In this document: piece by piece, positions 19,123 to 28,127 of the stretch
Layout: each line of letters starts with the position of its first letter
Numbering within the stretch: the stretch's first letter is position 1
Assembly (NCBI GenBank): GCA_963827135.1
Contig: CAWGZX010000003.1
Coordinates: forward strand, 131,681 to 195,680
From: Methanomassiliicoccaceae archaeon
GTDB lineage: Archaea; Thermoplasmatota; Thermoplasmata; Methanomassiliicoccales; UBA472
Length of the DNA: 64,000 bases
Direction of reading: 5' to 3'
Notes under the pieces: model-generated
Database searches by the model: none
Told to the model about the DNA's origin: nothing
Seen by the model: the letters and a program-made list of their open reading frames with translations, nothing else
Program-made: the position numbers and the translations under genes

Positions 19123-21170
19123 ATGCACATCCACAAGTCATCTGCGGTGGGCAGAGGTGCGAGGGGCGACCGCTTGGCTTCTGACCCTGCTAATCATCGC
19201 ATCACTCCTGCCCATCCTGATGCCGAGCGTGGACGCCGGCGGATGTGCCCGTCTTCGACCTTGAGCTGAACGACGGGCTATGATGCCCCCTTTGCGTTGG
19301 AGAACCTAAAGCCGGGCGACAGGGGCTCGAAGGTCGTCCAGCTGCGCAACGTAGGCAACGTGGCCGGACAGATCGCCATCTGGGTCTCCAACATAGAGGA
19401 GTTAGATTACGTTGGCGATGGCGCCCACCTCGACGATTATCTCTATTTCGAAGTTAATTGCGCTGGAGCTGTCCACCGACGTCCACATGCCCTGCCAGAT
19501 TATGCTCCATCCCTCAGGCGCCGCTTGGCGGCAGCTACATCTGGCTGCTTAATGTCCGAGACCGGTCAGACCGTCCAAATAAGCTGGTTCTGGGAGTTCC
19601 TGGAGAACTACCAATCTCAGACCGAGGCGCAAGGCGACTCGCTCAGCTTCGACATTCACTACCTGCTTGGGGAGGTGCCTCCGCCTAACCTCAACATGTC
19701 CTGGCTTGAGGTCCAGGTGCTGGACCAGGTGACGATGGCCCTGCTGGATGCGGAAGGCAGGAGCGTGGATCAGGTCGTCGCCACGGACACCACCAGTCCA
19801 TCGCTGACGATCCCCGAGGGCGCAGCTGCATGGCGGAAGACGGCCGCACCATCAGGAGGATCGTCGTCTCCAGGAGGAGGAGCGCGCCCGGTCGGCGCAG
19901 GGCAGGCATTGGTGAGCCCGGTCTTCTCCGTCTCGTCCTTCGTCTCGGCCTCGAGAGGAGGTTGAGGGTGTTCATCGACCAGGTGATACTGCGCCTCAAC
20001 TACGACCCGACACTCCTCCCATCCCTGACCGAGTCAATCGGCCTCTACCTCCTCGGCGAGGACGGCTCCTGGTCGCCTCTGCCCATGACCACCGAGAACC
20101 CGCCACAGGTCGGCCAGTGCGGAGGTATGATCAACAGCTCCGGCGAGGTCGGGGTCATCGCCTCCTTCGACCCATACGAGGCGGCGTACTTCCTCCCCAG
20201 CGGGCTCAACGATCGACGCTAGCAAGCAGGACTGGTGGGACCCGATCATCTTCGCCAGCCGCATCGGAGACGAGGTCAAGGTCACGGTGATGATCACCAA
20301 CGTGGGCCAGGTCTCCGGCGAGCAGAACATAACCCTTAGCATCAACGGCCAGGACATCGGCGCCAAGCCGGTCGCCCTCGGGCCGATGGAGAGCAAGGAG
20401 GTGACCTTCGACGTCACCGGCCTGCAGCAGGGCGAATATGAGATAGAGGTCTCCGGTCTCTCCGGAAATGTAGTGGTGGGCACGCAGGTGAACTGGTGGC
20501 TCATCATAGCCGTATGCTGCCTGCCGTTTGCAGTGGTGGTGGCGTACGTCTACAGCTCCCGGCGCTGGAAGGAGATGAAGGGGCGCATGGACTCGCTCCA
20601 GAGCAACGTGACCGAGGTCGAGTCCAAGCTCGCCGAGTCAGAGATGGCACTAATGATGATGAACGAAAGACAGGAGGCCGAGGCCACAAAGATCGGCCCT
20701 GCAGTCATGGCTGCTCCATCCGTCCCGACCTCCTCGATACCGTCCAGCAAGGTCGAGGAATCGCTCGACTCATTCGTGACGAGCGCTGAGCCCAGGTCCC
20801 AGGAAGAGAATGACTGGGTCGGAACACCTTAAATCAGGTCGACCAAGTTTACGTCCCCAAGCCCGCCACCCAGCTGCCACCCTACCCCGCCCCGGCCACT
20901 CCGCGGACGAACGGGAAGTCCCTGGAGGAGGCGATCTCCATTGAGACCAGCATCCTGTTGGAGGAGGAGGTGGGCGCGCACCAGATGAGGGTGGCCAAGG
21001 AGTTTATCCTGTCTAGGATCAGATCGCAGGGCATGCTCGTGATAGACGAGGCGCCCTCCGGCCAGAACGGCCTAGTGGCCATGGCCGCGCTCAGCCAGCT
21101 AGTCGAGGAGGGCAAGATCCGCGCCGTGCAGGAGAAGAGGCGGACCGTCTACCTGATGAACTCCCCCTAG
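19123..21170 (+). pseudogene. Membrane-anchored TasA-core + CARDB-like surface protein with cytoplasmic coiled coil and winged-helix-like end (frameshifted)
   Basis: Stitched from ORFs 19297..19965, 19830..20222, 20287..20832, 20958..21170: hydrophobic leader, ENLKPGD.G..V.LRNVG, AQGDSLSFDIHYLL, CARDB-like ITNVG...L.INGQ...LGPMESKEVTF, TM NWWLIIAV..YVYSSRR, ALSQLVEEGKIR..RRTVY. Confidence 0.62.
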
Positions 21171-21201
21171 AGGATAAGAAAGCATCATCTAATCGCATGG
21201 C

Positions 21202-23013
21202 ATGATGGGCAGCGTGCTGCTCCGGACCCGCGAGCTCTCGAAGGCGTTCGGGAAGAAGGAGGTCCTCCGCTCCGTCAGCGTGACGGTGGAGCGCGGCGAC
21301 CGCATCGGCCTGGTCGGTAAGAACGGTTCCGGCAAGTCCACCATTCTCAAGCTGTTCACCCGCGAGCTGAAGGCGGACACAGGGGACTTGGAGCTCAGGA
21401 CGGACAGGATCGGCTACCTGGCGCAATTGGGGGAGGGCGAGGGAGAGACCATCCACAGCAGCCTCGTTGACCCTAGGCAGCGTGCCGTCGAGTCCCGCAT
21501 GGGCGACCTGGAAGCGGAAATGGCCCGGGCCGGCGAGGACCCGAGCATAGACCTGGATGAAGTGGTCCTCGAATACAATCGGTTGCAGGAGGAGCTGGTC
21601 GGTAGAAGGGAGCACCTGGTCGAAGGAACGAGGAAGGAGGCCTTGGAGCGTATGGGCATGTCAGACCGCTCCGAGGAGCGCAGGCTGGAGGAGATGAGCG
21701 GCGGGGAGCAGACCAAGGTCCGCATCGCCCGCATCATGGTCCAGGCGGAGGAGGCCGACCTGCTCATCCTCGATGAGCCGACCAGCCATCTGGACATCGA
21801 GGGGGTGGAATCGCTGGAGGACTATCTCCTGCGCTACCAGGGCGCGGTTATCGTGGTCTCGCACGACCGCTACTTCCTGGACCGAGTAGCGACCTGCATC
21901 TGGGACCTGGACAAAGGCGTGGTGCGAGAGTTCAAAGGCAACTACTCCGACTTCGCGCAGAAGAAGGCGCTGGAACAGGAGAAGCTCAAGGCCGCGAGCG
22001 AGAAGAACCGCCGGGAGAGGGAGCGGCTGGTCAAGGTGGCGGAGGAGCAGCACCTGCGCAACTGGTACGGTACGACGCACAAGACCACCATGAAGAGGGT
22101 GGAGAGGATGGGCGTGGTCGAGGGGCCGGAGCAGGAGGGAAGCATGAGCTTCGGCATCGAGGTCGCGGAGAAACACAGCAAGGGCTTCGTGACCGCCAAG
22201 GACCTGGTCGTGGTGCGAGGCGACCACAAGGTGCTCGACCATCTCGACCTGGAGGTGACGCTCGGCGACAAGCTTGGGGTGTTCGGCGCCAATGGATCGG
22301 GCAAGACCACGCTGCTCAAGGCGATAAGGAAGGAGCTAGGGTATCTGGGCGATCTATGGGTCTCGCCCGCCGCCAGGATCGGATACTTCTCGCAAGGCCA
22401 TGATGGCTTGGAGGAGCGCCTGACCCCAGAGGAGCAGCTGCTGCAGGTCCTCGGGAGCGGCGAGAAGGGGTTGGCCCGGTCACTTTTGGCACGTTTTCTT
22501 TTCGACGACCTGCAGGTAAGGACCCCAATAGCCAAGCTCTCGGGGGGCGAGAGGGCGAAGGTAGCCCTCGCCCTGCTGATATGCGAGCGGAGGAACCTCC
22601 TCCTCCTGGACGAGCCGACCAACTACCTCGACACCGGGTCCCGCGAGGCGGTGGAATCGGCGCTGCGCGAATACCCTGGCACGCTTATTCTCGTTACCCA
22701 CGACCGCTACCTCCTAGACGCAGTATGCAATAAGGTCGCCGAGCTCAGGAACGGCCGATTGAGGGTGTTCCCCGGGACATACTCGCAGATGAAAGGGATC
22801 ATCCAACAGGAGACGGTCCTGGCCGAGGCCCAGGTATATCGTGTGGTGCTAGGCTTCACCGATTGGACGACGAGGAAGAAGCTCAAGCCCGGGGATACGG
22901 TGGCCATAGCCCCCTCCGAGATGGAGAGCTATCGTTGGGCCTTGGACAACGGCAAGTTGAAGCGCCTGGACAAGAAGGAGCTGAAGAAGGTCAAGAAACC
23001 CGATGGTGATTGA
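21202..23013 (+). CDS. ABC-F family ATPase (ribosome-associated)
   Basis: Two ABC domains (GKNGSGKS/MSGGE/LDEPT; GANGSGKT/LSGGE/LDEPTN), SHDRYFLD, helical linker, no TM segments. Confidence 0.9.
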   Translation: MMGSVLLRTRELSKAFGKKEVLRSVSVTVERGDRIGLVGKNGSGKSTILKLFTRELKADTGDLELRTDRIGYLAQLGEGEGETIHSSLVDPRQRAVESRMGDLEAEMARAGEDPSIDLDEVVLEYNRLQEELVGRREHLVEGTRKEALERMGMSDRSEERRLEEMSGGEQTKVRIARIMVQAEEADLLILDEPTSHLDIEGVESLEDYLLRYQGAVIVVSHDRYFLDRVATCIWDLDKGVVREFKGNYSDFAQKKALEQEKLKAASEKNRRERERLVKVAEEQHLRNWYGTTHKTTMKRVERMGVVEGPEQEGSMSFGIEVAEKHSKGFVTAKDLVVVRGDHKVLDHLDLEVTLGDKLGVFGANGSGKTTLLKAIRKELGYLGDLWVSPAARIGYFSQGHDGLEERLTPEEQLLQVLGSGEKGLARSLLARFLFDDLQVRTPIAKLSGGERAKVALALLICERRNLLLLDEPTNYLDTGSREAVESALREYPGTLILVTHDRYLLDAVCNKVAELRNGRLRVFPGTYSQMKGIIQQETVLAEAQVYRVVLGFTDWTTRKKLKPGDTVAIAPSEMESYRWALDNGKLKRLDKKELKKVKKPDGD

Positions 23014-23143
23014 TCCGTACAAGCGAGGGTCGGTTAAGGGATAAAAGATGATTTCTTCCAGATGTTCGCCGTCTCCCTGGAGGGTCAATGAGATTGCGGC
23101 CTGGTAGGACAAGTGTTTCGATGAGGGACCTTAGGGGCGTATT

Positions 23144-23530
23144 TCAAGGTCTCTGCATCATGCCTAGGGACTCTAGGCTGTCGATGGCCCCATCTAAATC
23201 TCTCTCCAAGACCAGGATATGGTCCGTGCGGTACGAGGAGATCACGAAGATAGGTATCCCTCTTTCGGCCAAGGCACTTGAGGCCAAAGCCATGAAACCG
23301 ACCATGTCCAGGGGCAGATCTCCTGTGAAAGAGATCATCCTATAGGCGCGTCCTTCGAACGCCTTTCTATCATTTGGCAAGGGTCGGACCACCGTCCTCT
23401 CACCACGATAATCCACGACCGCGAAGGCATCGATGACCATGTCAGAAGTGCTGGCCAGGGCTACCTCGTACCTCTCCTCATGCACCCTGAAGCCGAGCCC
23501 TTGGTTTCGGACAAGGTCCTCCTTCCTCAT
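23144..23530 (-). CDS. ACT domain protein (ACT_7-like)
   Basis: LPLDMVGFMA...LAERGIPIFVISSYRTDHILV signature. Confidence 0.8.
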   Translation of the reverse strand: MRKEDLVRNQGLGFRVHEERYEVALASTSDMVIDAFAVVDYRGERTVVRPLPNDRKAFEGRAYRMISFTGDLPLDMVGFMALASSALAERGIPIFVISSYRTDHILVLERDLDGAIDSLESLGMMQRP

Positions 23531-23655
23531 GGGGACCAGAACGCTCGACCAGGAGAAATCGTTTTGCAGGCAAGGGGCTTACTCCGATGCTTGTGAAGGG
23601 ACGTCCAAAGCCATTACATATCCCTGCCATCATCCTCTGACGAGGATGTGAATAG

Positions 23656-23940
23656 ATGCTCTCGCAGGCACCGATAGACCTTGGGAAGGTCAAGCAGAAC
23701 GAGATCGAGAGGGAGGCCCTCAGGCTAGGGATCATCGCAGAGCTAGACGCGATCTCCTTGTATGAGCAGCTCGCCGCGGTAGTGAAGAAGGACGACATGA
23801 AAAAGGTCTTCTTGGACATAGCGAAGGAAGAGAAGACCCATGTCGGGGAATTCCAGGCTCTGCTATTGAAGTATGATGAGGAGCAGGCAGAGGAGCTGGA
23901 AAAGGGCAGGGAAGAGGTCGAGGAGCTCACAGAGAAGTGA
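23656..23940 (+). CDS. Encapsulated-ferritin (EncFtn/Flp)-like protein
   Basis: LRLGIIAELDAISLYEQ...DIAKEEKTHVGEF half-ferritin motif in 94 aa. Confidence 0.8.
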   Translation: MLSQAPIDLGKVKQNEIEREALRLGIIAELDAISLYEQLAAVVKKDDMKKVFLDIAKEEKTHVGEFQALLLKYDEEQAEELEKGREEVEELTEK

Positions 23941-23957
23941 GCCGTTTCGTTTTTATT

Positions 23958-24170
23958 TTATTCTCCCAATATCGCCTGGTTGAGGTCCTCGACCAGCTTC
24001 TTTGGATCGGCACCCATCAGCATCGCCGCCTGCCTCACCGATACTATCTTAGCAGCGTGCCTCATGACCGGCGTCTCCAGGTCGGTGTAGCCGATTCCGT
24101 ACAGCACCTTCAAAGTCTCCGGGAATAGGTCGATGACCTTCTCCAGGTCCATTTCCTCATTGATCATCAT
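23958..24170 (-). CDS. DUF1858-like small protein
   Basis: I..EM....VI..FPET..VL...G...S...AA...G.D...LVEDLN pattern. Confidence 0.65.
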   Translation of the reverse strand: MMINEEMDLEKVIDLFPETLKVLYGIGYTDLETPVMRHAAKIVSVRQAAMLMGADPKKLVEDLNQAILGE

Positions 24171-24174
24171 TGGA

Positions 24175-24996
24175 TCACTTCTCCACGGCACATCCCTCGA
24201 CGTCCCCCCACTCGGAGAAGGAGGAGTCGTAGGTCATGACCTTGGGATATCCCAGTAGGCGGAGCATCATGTAACCATGGCTCGCCCTCAGCCCCATCCA
24301 GCAATATGTGATGATCTCCTTGTCCGGGGTCAGGCCATGGCTCTGGTACATGCTCCGGAGCTCATCAAACGACTTGAACCTGGCCGTCCCGGGGTCTATA
24401 GCTTCGAGCCAATGGATGTGAACCGCCCCTGGTATATGGCCGCCTCGCTTCCCGAAGGCTACCTTTCCCGTGTACTCGCCTCCCCGTCGCACGTCGAGGA
24501 ACCTGACCCCATCGTCCTTCAGGTGGCTCAGGATATGCTCCTTGGTGGCTAGGTTGTCTTCGTTGTGGTCTGCACGGTATCTCGTCGACCTTATCTCCGG
24601 GATGTCCGAGGTGAATGTGCCTCCAGAATCCAGATAGGTCTTGATGCTCCCATCGAAGACCTTGATCCTCCTGTGCCCGAAATGCTCCAGGGTCCAGAGG
24701 AGCCTGGCCGAGAACAGCCCTCCGAAGTTGTCGTAGGCGACCACGGCGGTCTTATTGCTCACTCCCCTAGAGGACATCAGATGCTCGAACCTGTCCTGGG
24801 GGATGCACATGGCGGGCAGCCCGCCCCACGACCTCACGATGTCGAACAGCTCCACATTGACCGCGTTCCTCACATGTCCCCTGCCATAATCATAAGAAGA
24901 CCTGGTATCAATGATCCTCAATCCAGGGTCGTCAAGGTGCTTCTCCAGCCAGTCTGAGTCGATGATCTCCGGCTTGGTGCACTTCCATCCTTCCAT
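24175..24996 (-). CDS. Two-domain rhodanese/sulfurtransferase
   Basis: GHVRNAV, GHIPGAV, active site YCWMGLRAS, YDSSFSEW. Confidence 0.9.
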   Translation of the reverse strand: MEGWKCTKPEIIDSDWLEKHLDDPGLRIIDTRSSYDYGRGHVRNAVNVELFDIVRSWGGLPAMCIPQDRFEHLMSSRGVSNKTAVVAYDNFGGLFSARLLWTLEHFGHRRIKVFDGSIKTYLDSGGTFTSDIPEIRSTRYRADHNEDNLATKEHILSHLKDDGVRFLDVRRGGEYTGKVAFGKRGGHIPGAVHIHWLEAIDPGTARFKSFDELRSMYQSHGLTPDKEIITYCWMGLRASHGYMMLRLLGYPKVMTYDSSFSEWGDVEGCAVEK

Positions 24997-25202
24997 GTAG
25001 CTCCACCTTTCTTATGCCTAGGTGCGGACTCGAGCCACAAATATTAAATGATTCTAAAAACCCAATTGCAAAGACCGATGAACCGGATTTCATCTTGATC
25101 GCGAAGAGTGGATCCATTCATGGTGACATTCCTTTTATTATATCAATGGCATCCGATTGTCCCGGTCGAACTGCTGATGGATTCTGAGGGAGGTGATGGT
25201 CG

Positions 25203-25925
25203 ATGATATCCGAGGCGGCCATCTGGGGAATGATCTCGGTCATCCCTCTGATTATCGGCGCATGGATCGCTTTCAGGTTCAAGCCCTCCTCGAAGGTCGT
25301 CGGGGTGGTCATGGGCTTCGGAGCAGGGGCGCTCATAGCTGCGGTAGCCTATGAGCTGATACCAGAGAGTTCACCGCGAGATTTCGCCACGTTCCTGAGC
25401 CTCGGTCTCGGGGCGGTGGTTTTCTATGTCGGCACATCCTGGATCGAGAGGCGTTCGAGGAGGAAGGGAAAGGAGGCCGAGAACGCCAAGGCACAGACCG
25501 GTAGGGCGATCCTCCTTGGAGCATTATTGGATGGTATCCCCGAGTCCCTGGTCCTAGGCATGTCAATCGGAATCGGGGATTCGATAAGCATCGCGTTCCT
25601 TGGAGCGGTCTTCGTCTCCAACCTGCCCGAGAGCATCGGAGCTTCTTCAGAGATGGAAGCTGGCGGAATGCAGCGTTCCCATGTTTACAAGATCTGGGCA
25701 GTGATTATGCTAGCCTGCGTTCTCATCACCATTTGCGGAGCTCTTATGATCCAGTACGTCCCCAATCTTGAGGGCATTTACGTCAAAGCGTTCGCCGCCG
25801 GAGCGGTCCTGGCGATGCTGGCGGACTCCATGATCCCGGAGGGCTTCTACGAGGGAGGGAGGCTCACCGGCCTCATGACCGTGATGGGCTTCGCCTTCGC
25901 CTCCATCCTTGCGCTATTGGGCTAG
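25203..25925 (+). CDS. ZIP/GufA-like metal transporter
   Basis: Multi-TM; GFGAGAL, LDGIPES, SNLPES, FAAGAVL..DSMIPE. Confidence 0.82.
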   Translation: MISEAAIWGMISVIPLIIGAWIAFRFKPSSKVVGVVMGFGAGALIAAVAYELIPESSPRDFATFLSLGLGAVVFYVGTSWIERRSRRKGKEAENAKAQTGRAILLGALLDGIPESLVLGMSIGIGDSISIAFLGAVFVSNLPESIGASSEMEAGGMQRSHVYKIWAVIMLACVLITICGALMIQYVPNLEGIYVKAFAAGAVLAMLADSMIPEGFYEGGRLTGLMTVMGFAFASILALLG

Positions 25926-26038
25926 ATCCCTTGGATGGTCATCGAGGCCATCTTCCAATGAATGGCACCTCGATACCGATAAAGAGAATTGACCAGTCGC
26001 GCTTATTAATCACGACCTCTTTCCAACACCCCGAACAG

Positions 26039-27322
26039 ATGATCATCTTCCCTCCGGAGCTACAGTTACATGAGAACCTCGCGCGGGTGAGCGCGCGCTT
26101 CATCGCTGATGGGAAGGAGGACAGCCTCTGGTTCGAGGTCGACAAGAAGTTTGCCGATTATTTGGTAACTGACAGAATTGACGCGTTCCTCGTTGGGCTG
26201 CTCCCCCTCGCCATGCGCTTGGGCGAGGACATAGAGCTTAGGCATCCAGTGTCCCAAAGGACCTATTTCAACATAGACCAGAACCTGACATCGATAATCA
26301 ACTTCGCCTTTCCAGATTACAAGGTGATCTCGATAACCCCTAAGGGCTTCGCAGAGCCGATCCCCGCTCGAAATGGGCGGATAGCGGCCACCGGCCTGTC
26401 CTGCGGGATCGATTCGCTCTTCACTGTAATCAAGAACTCATCGTCGGATGTTCCAGATGGCTACAAGATTACCCACGGGATCTTCACAAATGTAGGGTCT
26501 CACGGGCAGACTGACGCCCCCGAAGGCATGACGCGGTTCCAGGGCAGGTTGCGTAACGCCCGGGGCTGTGCCGAGGAGCTAGGGTTGGAATTGATCCTCA
26601 TCGACTCGAACATGGAGCAGGTCCTTTCGGGTCTAACGGACTACGACCGGACCCTCACCTTCCGCAACGCCGCGGCGGTCCTGGTCCTTGAGAAGCTCAT
26701 CTGTCGATACCTCCATTCGTCTGGCATAACATATGAGTACATGAGGGTGAAGCGAAAGGGCAAGGACTCGGCAGCCTATGAGCCGATGACCCTGCCTTGC
26801 CTTTGCACTGATTCGCTGGAGTTCATCCTGTTCGGAGGCAGGTGCAGCCGGACAGAGAAGACGGCCCTCGTAGCTGATTATGAGCCCTCGTATCGATGGC
26901 TCAACGTGTGCGCAATCCAGGCGAATAACTGCGGCCACTGCATTAAATGTATGAGAACGATGCTGACCCTCGACATCCTAGGCAAGCTGGATCATTATAG
27001 CCAAGTGTTCGAAATGAAAGGCTATGAGGAGGACAAGTATCGCTATCTCGCCTATGTCCTGGCGACTAGGAAGATAAAGAACCAGCACCGAGACATCGCC
27101 GCCCTAATCGCCAAGGTGGACTACCATCCACCTCGAAAATTCTGGCTGTATTACGCTGGATACATAGTGATGTTCAAGGCGACCTCCGCTGGGAATACAG
27201 TGACGGGAACGATCTATGAGCGCCTAGACAAGATGCCTCTCATGAAAAGCTCGAAGCTGTTGAGCCCCTTGCGATTCGCCTTCTTCAGGTTCAATAAGAT
27301 AGTAGATCACCAGTTCGAATGA
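26039..27322 (+). CDS. Hypothetical PP-loop/QueC-like fold protein with C-terminal Cys cluster
   Basis: GLSCGIDS (SGGxDS-like), NVGSHG, LNVC..NCGHCIKCMRT; start uncertain (25931-26039). Confidence 0.6.
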   Translation: MIIFPPELQLHENLARVSARFIADGKEDSLWFEVDKKFADYLVTDRIDAFLVGLLPLAMRLGEDIELRHPVSQRTYFNIDQNLTSIINFAFPDYKVISITPKGFAEPIPARNGRIAATGLSCGIDSLFTVIKNSSSDVPDGYKITHGIFTNVGSHGQTDAPEGMTRFQGRLRNARGCAEELGLELILIDSNMEQVLSGLTDYDRTLTFRNAAAVLVLEKLICRYLHSSGITYEYMRVKRKGKDSAAYEPMTLPCLCTDSLEFILFGGRCSRTEKTALVADYEPSYRWLNVCAIQANNCGHCIKCMRTMLTLDILGKLDHYSQVFEMKGYEEDKYRYLAYVLATRKIKNQHRDIAALIAKVDYHPPRKFWLYYAGYIVMFKATSAGNTVTGTIYERLDKMPLMKSSKLLSPLRFAFFRFNKIVDHQFE

Positions 27323-27470
27323 TGCATTGCGATATAGGCTATTGTATTATTATTTAATATTAATAATTAATATTCTTATTAAAAACAATGATTAGTAAAC
27401 TAGCTAGGTCGATAAATAGGGCAGCCATGCCCCGTATTATCAAGATTTTTGATGCGTATAAGGTGTTGGT

Positions 27471-27485
27471 GTCGGGATTTGAACC
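27471..27485 (-). repeat. 15-bp copy of the tRNA-Gly T-arm/3' region (possible att scar)
   Basis: gtcgggatttgaacc occurs at 27471-27485 and at 27957-27971 inside the tRNA, same orientation. Confidence 0.55.
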
Positions 27486-27949
27486 GAAGTCGCGCCAGGG
27501 CCGCATTGTCATTTCGCAATGGCATTAAAAAGCGATTATCCGGTGAAATTTACTCTGAGAAATCTCACCGGATGCAGATACCTCAATTACTTCTTGCCTT
27601 TGGATCCTTTTTTATTGTCCGGGCTGGATGGAGTTCGCGAACTCTTATGATCTGATCGATTTTTGTTCTCCGGCGGATCGTCTGCTCCCTTCTTTTTCTT
27701 CTTCATTGTGCCCATAGTAATCCATTAAGGATGGTGATACCAGGATGTTAAAGTTAATGAGACCGTTCTAAATACGTATTTTATTCGACAAACAACATCG
27801 GTCCTGAGGACATTGTGCTCCGATCCAGTGATCCATCTCGCCCCCAAGCTCTTTCAAGCAATAGATTTACGGGGCAGGGAAGATTTCCGATTTCGTATTC
27901 GCTAACCTTGATCCCTTGAAAAAGTCGATTGTCTGGATATGCTTAGGAG

Positions 27950-28022
27950 TGCGGGCGTCGGGATTTGAACCCGAGTTTTAAGCTTGGCAAGCTTAAGTGA
28001 TAACCAGCTACACTACGCCCGC
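27950..28022 (-). tRNA. tRNA-Gly (GCC)
   Basis: Minus strand folds: GCGGGCG/CGCCCGC acceptor, UAAGC-UUGCCAA-GCUUA anticodon arm, UCGGG-UUCAAAU-CCCGA T-arm, discriminator A; no encoded CCA. Confidence 0.95.
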
Positions 28023-28127
28023 TTGAGCATCGTCCCGAATGTGCTAGGGTATAATAAACCTTTCAATTTGGCCAGTATGGCCGAAGACCTGGCCTTGGTT
28101 CGTGCTGACATTCATATCCGCACGTGC

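Noticed and set aside
14610-27418. 13-bp direct repeat aggtcgataaata (14610-14622 and 27406-27418) as island att sites
   Set aside because: The position is suggestive, but 13-mers recur by chance many times in 64 kb, and there is no integrase or Xer-like 11-6-11 symmetry
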